Positions 61,520 through 64,000 of a stretch of DNA of 64,000 nucleotides are shown here, one piece after another (the stretch's first letter is position 1; every line of letters starts with the position of its first letter). The notes beneath the pieces were generated by a model that was not told the origin of the DNA, did not search any database, and saw only the letters and a list, made by a program, of their open reading frames with translations. Origin of the DNA: Candidatus Sumerlaeaceae bacterium (lineage in GTDB: Bacteria > Sumerlaeota > Sumerlaeia > Sumerlaeales > Sumerlaeaceae); the NCBI GenBank assembly GCA_049968255.1, contig JBMFRB010000003.1, positions 1 through 64,000 of the forward strand, written 5' to 3'. Both the position numbers and the translations under genes were made by a program.

Positions 61520-62290
61520 AAGTTTATGCCACGGGGCACTGCCTTGCATCAAGCGCGAATGGCTCCCGAAAGACGAGTTTCGTTTTCTTGTGCGATAGCC
61601 GAGCAGCCTTTGCACAGGAGCCAATAAAAGGGCATCGAGCGCAGTGTGCGGTGCAAATCGATGGGGCACCGCCAACAAACGTAAAACCATGGGCGACAGC
61701 GCCTCGAGAATCTCCGACGACATCGAGCCCCCGAGAAGGCGACAAGGCCGTGTTTTTTTGCTGGACAAAAGGCACTCGAGGCTACTGGCGGGTCCTCGCC
61801 AAAGGCCATGACCGCGCTCGGAGAGCACGCCAAGTCACTTGGTGACGCAGTGGCTGTTCGCTAAAGAACGCAACGCCGCGCGTGGTGTCGAACTCACTGG
61901 GCGACGCAGCAATGCCCTTCCAAATTTCCCGCCGTGAGTCCCACGAAGACTTGAGGCGAAAGGCCACTGACACAGCGCTCAGATTCTCTTAGCCTCACCC
62001 TACGCTCGATCTGGAAATCTTTCTCAAGTCCTGTGGACAAAGCCACCGCGACAGCTGCCAAGCACTGCGGTGCGCGCGTGCCGGGATGGCGGGCGCGCAA
62101 AATACAGTGTCAAGCGACTTGTTGCGCCCTGCGCTTGCCGCGTGTTTTTCTCTGCTTCATCGCCGTTTCACGCTTGAAGTTTTTCCCCGTTTTGCGGGAT
62201 AAAAGAATTACACACCGATGATGCAGCGCCTCGGAAAGACGAAGTGCGTCTCGGCCGTCAGGCCACCAATACCCTGTGGAGGCATCAACC

Positions 62291-62944
62291 ATGTCTGTGC
62301 GCATTACCTCGCGTCACTTCGATCTCACCCCCGAAGTCCAGCAGTATGTTGAAAAAAAGCTCAGCCGACTGAAGCGCTACATTGAGAACGCACAGTCGGT
62401 GGAAGTGCTCATCGAGCGCGACCGCTACGAGCACAAAGTGGAACTCATGGTGAAAGACGGTCCGGTCTCGATCACGGCAAAGACGAAGGACCCCAAACTG
62501 CTTCCAGCTATTGATGCGCTGATGGACAAGGCAGAGCGTCAGCTCAAAAAGAAGTGGGAAAAGGTGCGGGGAGCCACAAAAAAGCAGAAAGCCAAAGGCA
62601 GCCCGAAGAAAGCAGCTGCCGTAGGCGTGGTTACCGAGAGCGCGGAGGAAGAGGCCGAAGAGGAGGAAGCAGAAACAGAGAGTGCAAGCGTGGCTGTGGC
62701 CACGCGCAAGCGCGCCACCTCGAAGCGCCGTGCTATGCCGCTCGAAATCGAGAAACTTGGGTTACTGGTCTTCCCACCTGAGGAACTGGAAGTGCCCACG
62801 CTTTCGATCGACGATGCGGCGTTTGAGCTTTTCTTCGAGGACGAACATTTTTTGTGCTTCCGTGACGAAGAGAGTGAAGACTTGTGCATCATATACCGCC
62901 GCAAGGACGGCAACCTGGGTATCCTGAAACCGGTCATTGGATAA
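62291..62944 (+). CDS. hpf: Ribosome hibernation promoting factor (long HPF)
   Basis: ITSRHFDLT...YVEKKLSRL, AIDALMDKAERQLKK and a C-terminal IIYRRKDGNLG. Confidence 0.9.
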   Translation: MSVRITSRHFDLTPEVQQYVEKKLSRLKRYIENAQSVEVLIERDRYEHKVELMVKDGPVSITAKTKDPKLLPAIDALMDKAERQLKKKWEKVRGATKKQKAKGSPKKAAAVGVVTESAEEEAEEEEAETESASVAVATRKRATSKRRAMPLEIEKLGLLVFPPEELEVPTLSIDDAAFELFFEDEHFLCFRDEESEDLCIIYRRKDGNLGILKPVIG

Positions 62945-63388
62945 CAGGACAGATTGGTGCCTTTTAGGGCAGCGCCATGAGTCCGCTTCGGTGGCGAGCA
63001 TTTTTCCGCTCGCGCCGAGGCGTTATGCGCTGAGAAGGCAGTGTTCTCTCGCGCTTGTGGGCGTTGCGTGTCGCCCCCTCTGCCGCAGCTTTTTCAGCGC
63101 CGTGGGTGGAAAAAGAGCTCGTGGCCGATAAACAGCGTGCAAACTGCCCAACGCACCGCAGGGGCTTTGTCGGCATGAGATAAGCGGGGTCGTGCGGGGC
63201 AAGCGAACGCGAATGCGTTGGGTGGCTGGCTCCGGCATGACCCTTGCATCGTGCGGTGCGTGCGCTGCCCCCTAGATATTCCGTGAATGCGCTGCTTGGT
63301 AAAGCACTAGTGCAGCGCAGGGCCGCGGATCGCGCTTGCAGGCGTGCCTTGCGGCGAGTCTAGTGCAGGAATAGCGCGACCGACGCGG

Positions 63389-64000
63389 ATGGAAAAGCGA
63401 CGCAAGAAGATAAAGAAAACGAAGGCGAGCCGCGGCATTCTGGCGCTGTTTCGGCGCAAAATCGAAAACGTTGAGCAGCCGGTGGTGGCCTCAGAGGAGA
63501 ACAAGCCACAGACCAGCGCCGATGCGACATTGAGCGATAATTCGACGCTGCGCCTCGCCATTGTTTCCGACGACAGTGCAGAGCGTGAAGTGGCGCCCGG
63601 CCCTGCTTTGCGCAGCTCGGATGCTGGCTCTTTGGCTCCGCAGCAAGGTTCTGCCGCGTCGCACGACTCCACTGCCGCTTTTTCGCCCAAACGCCGTGCT
63701 GCAGAGGCTGCTTCGCAAGCGTATCGGCGCCTGAGCGCGGACGAAATGCGCCGGCGACATCCTAGCCGCCGCTCTCCCTTGAAACGCGTGGACGAAGTGC
63801 GTGTGCGCCGCAGCGAGGGGGGGCTGTTTGCTTTCATCTTCAGCCTCATCGGCTTGGTCATCCGGATGACAATCGTCGTGGTGCTAGTTGGCGCCATTGG
63901 CGCCTTCGTTGGCTACGAAATGGTGCGCTTTTACGTCCGCACTGAAGAAGTTGTCGTGCCAAATGTGCGTGGCATGAAAGAGGCCGACGCTCTTGATGTG
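63389..64000 (+). CDS. Membrane-anchored PASTA-domain protein (partial; runs off the window end)
   Basis: Manual translation from ATG 63389 gives MEKRRKK..., a disordered region, a TM (LFAFIFSLIGLVIRMTIVVVLVGAIGAFVGY) and EVVVPNVRGMKEADAL. Confidence 0.8.
   Translation, partial: MEKRRKKIKKTKASRGILALFRRKIENVEQPVVASEENKPQTSADATLSDNSTLRLAIVSDDSAEREVAPGPALRSSDAGSLAPQQGSAASHDSTAAFSPKRRAAEAASQAYRRLSADEMRRRHPSRRSPLKRVDEVRVRRSEGGLFAFIFSLIGLVIRMTIVVVLVGAIGAFVGYEMVRFYVRTEEVVVPNVRGMKEADALDV

Noticed and set aside
61520-61828. N-terminal extension of the histidine kinase ORF
   Set aside because: There is no domain-like sequence before MTGMNSE, so this is probably untranslated upstream region.

Overview
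A 64 kb window of a GC-rich bacterial chromosome, mostly core and housekeeping genes. Recognisable genes include rimO, gpmA, tadA, pth, lexA-engB, trxB, a partial F1Fo ATP synthase operon, dacB, gmhA, a D-amino-acid aminotransferase, fabD and hpf. There are also many cell-envelope or secreted proteins. The left edge holds the 5' part of a Type III (Mod-like) DNA methyltransferase with a sharply AT-rich target-recognition segment. I saw no rRNA, tRNA, CRISPR array or intact IS/prophage. The gene content is reminiscent of a poorly characterised lineage such as Sumerlaeota/BRC1; this is an impression and is unverified. The most interesting observations are: (1) a phage-free pair of a PG-binding/GH46-like hydrolase and a holin-like 2-TM gene, resembling a type 10 secretion or lysis module; (2) an unusual atp operon with AtpI fused to subunit a through an internal signal-peptide-like segment, a DinB-family gene coupled between atpH and atpA, and no atpGDC; (3) a GAAC-N4-GTTC SOS box before an apparently leaderless lexA-engB operon; (4) a long Cys-tailed acyl-CoA dehydrogenase paired with a FixCX-like ETF:quinone oxidoreductase; (5) a decayed pilin fragment next to an Xis-like HTH gene. 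All family assignments come from motif recognition by eye; no database searches were run.
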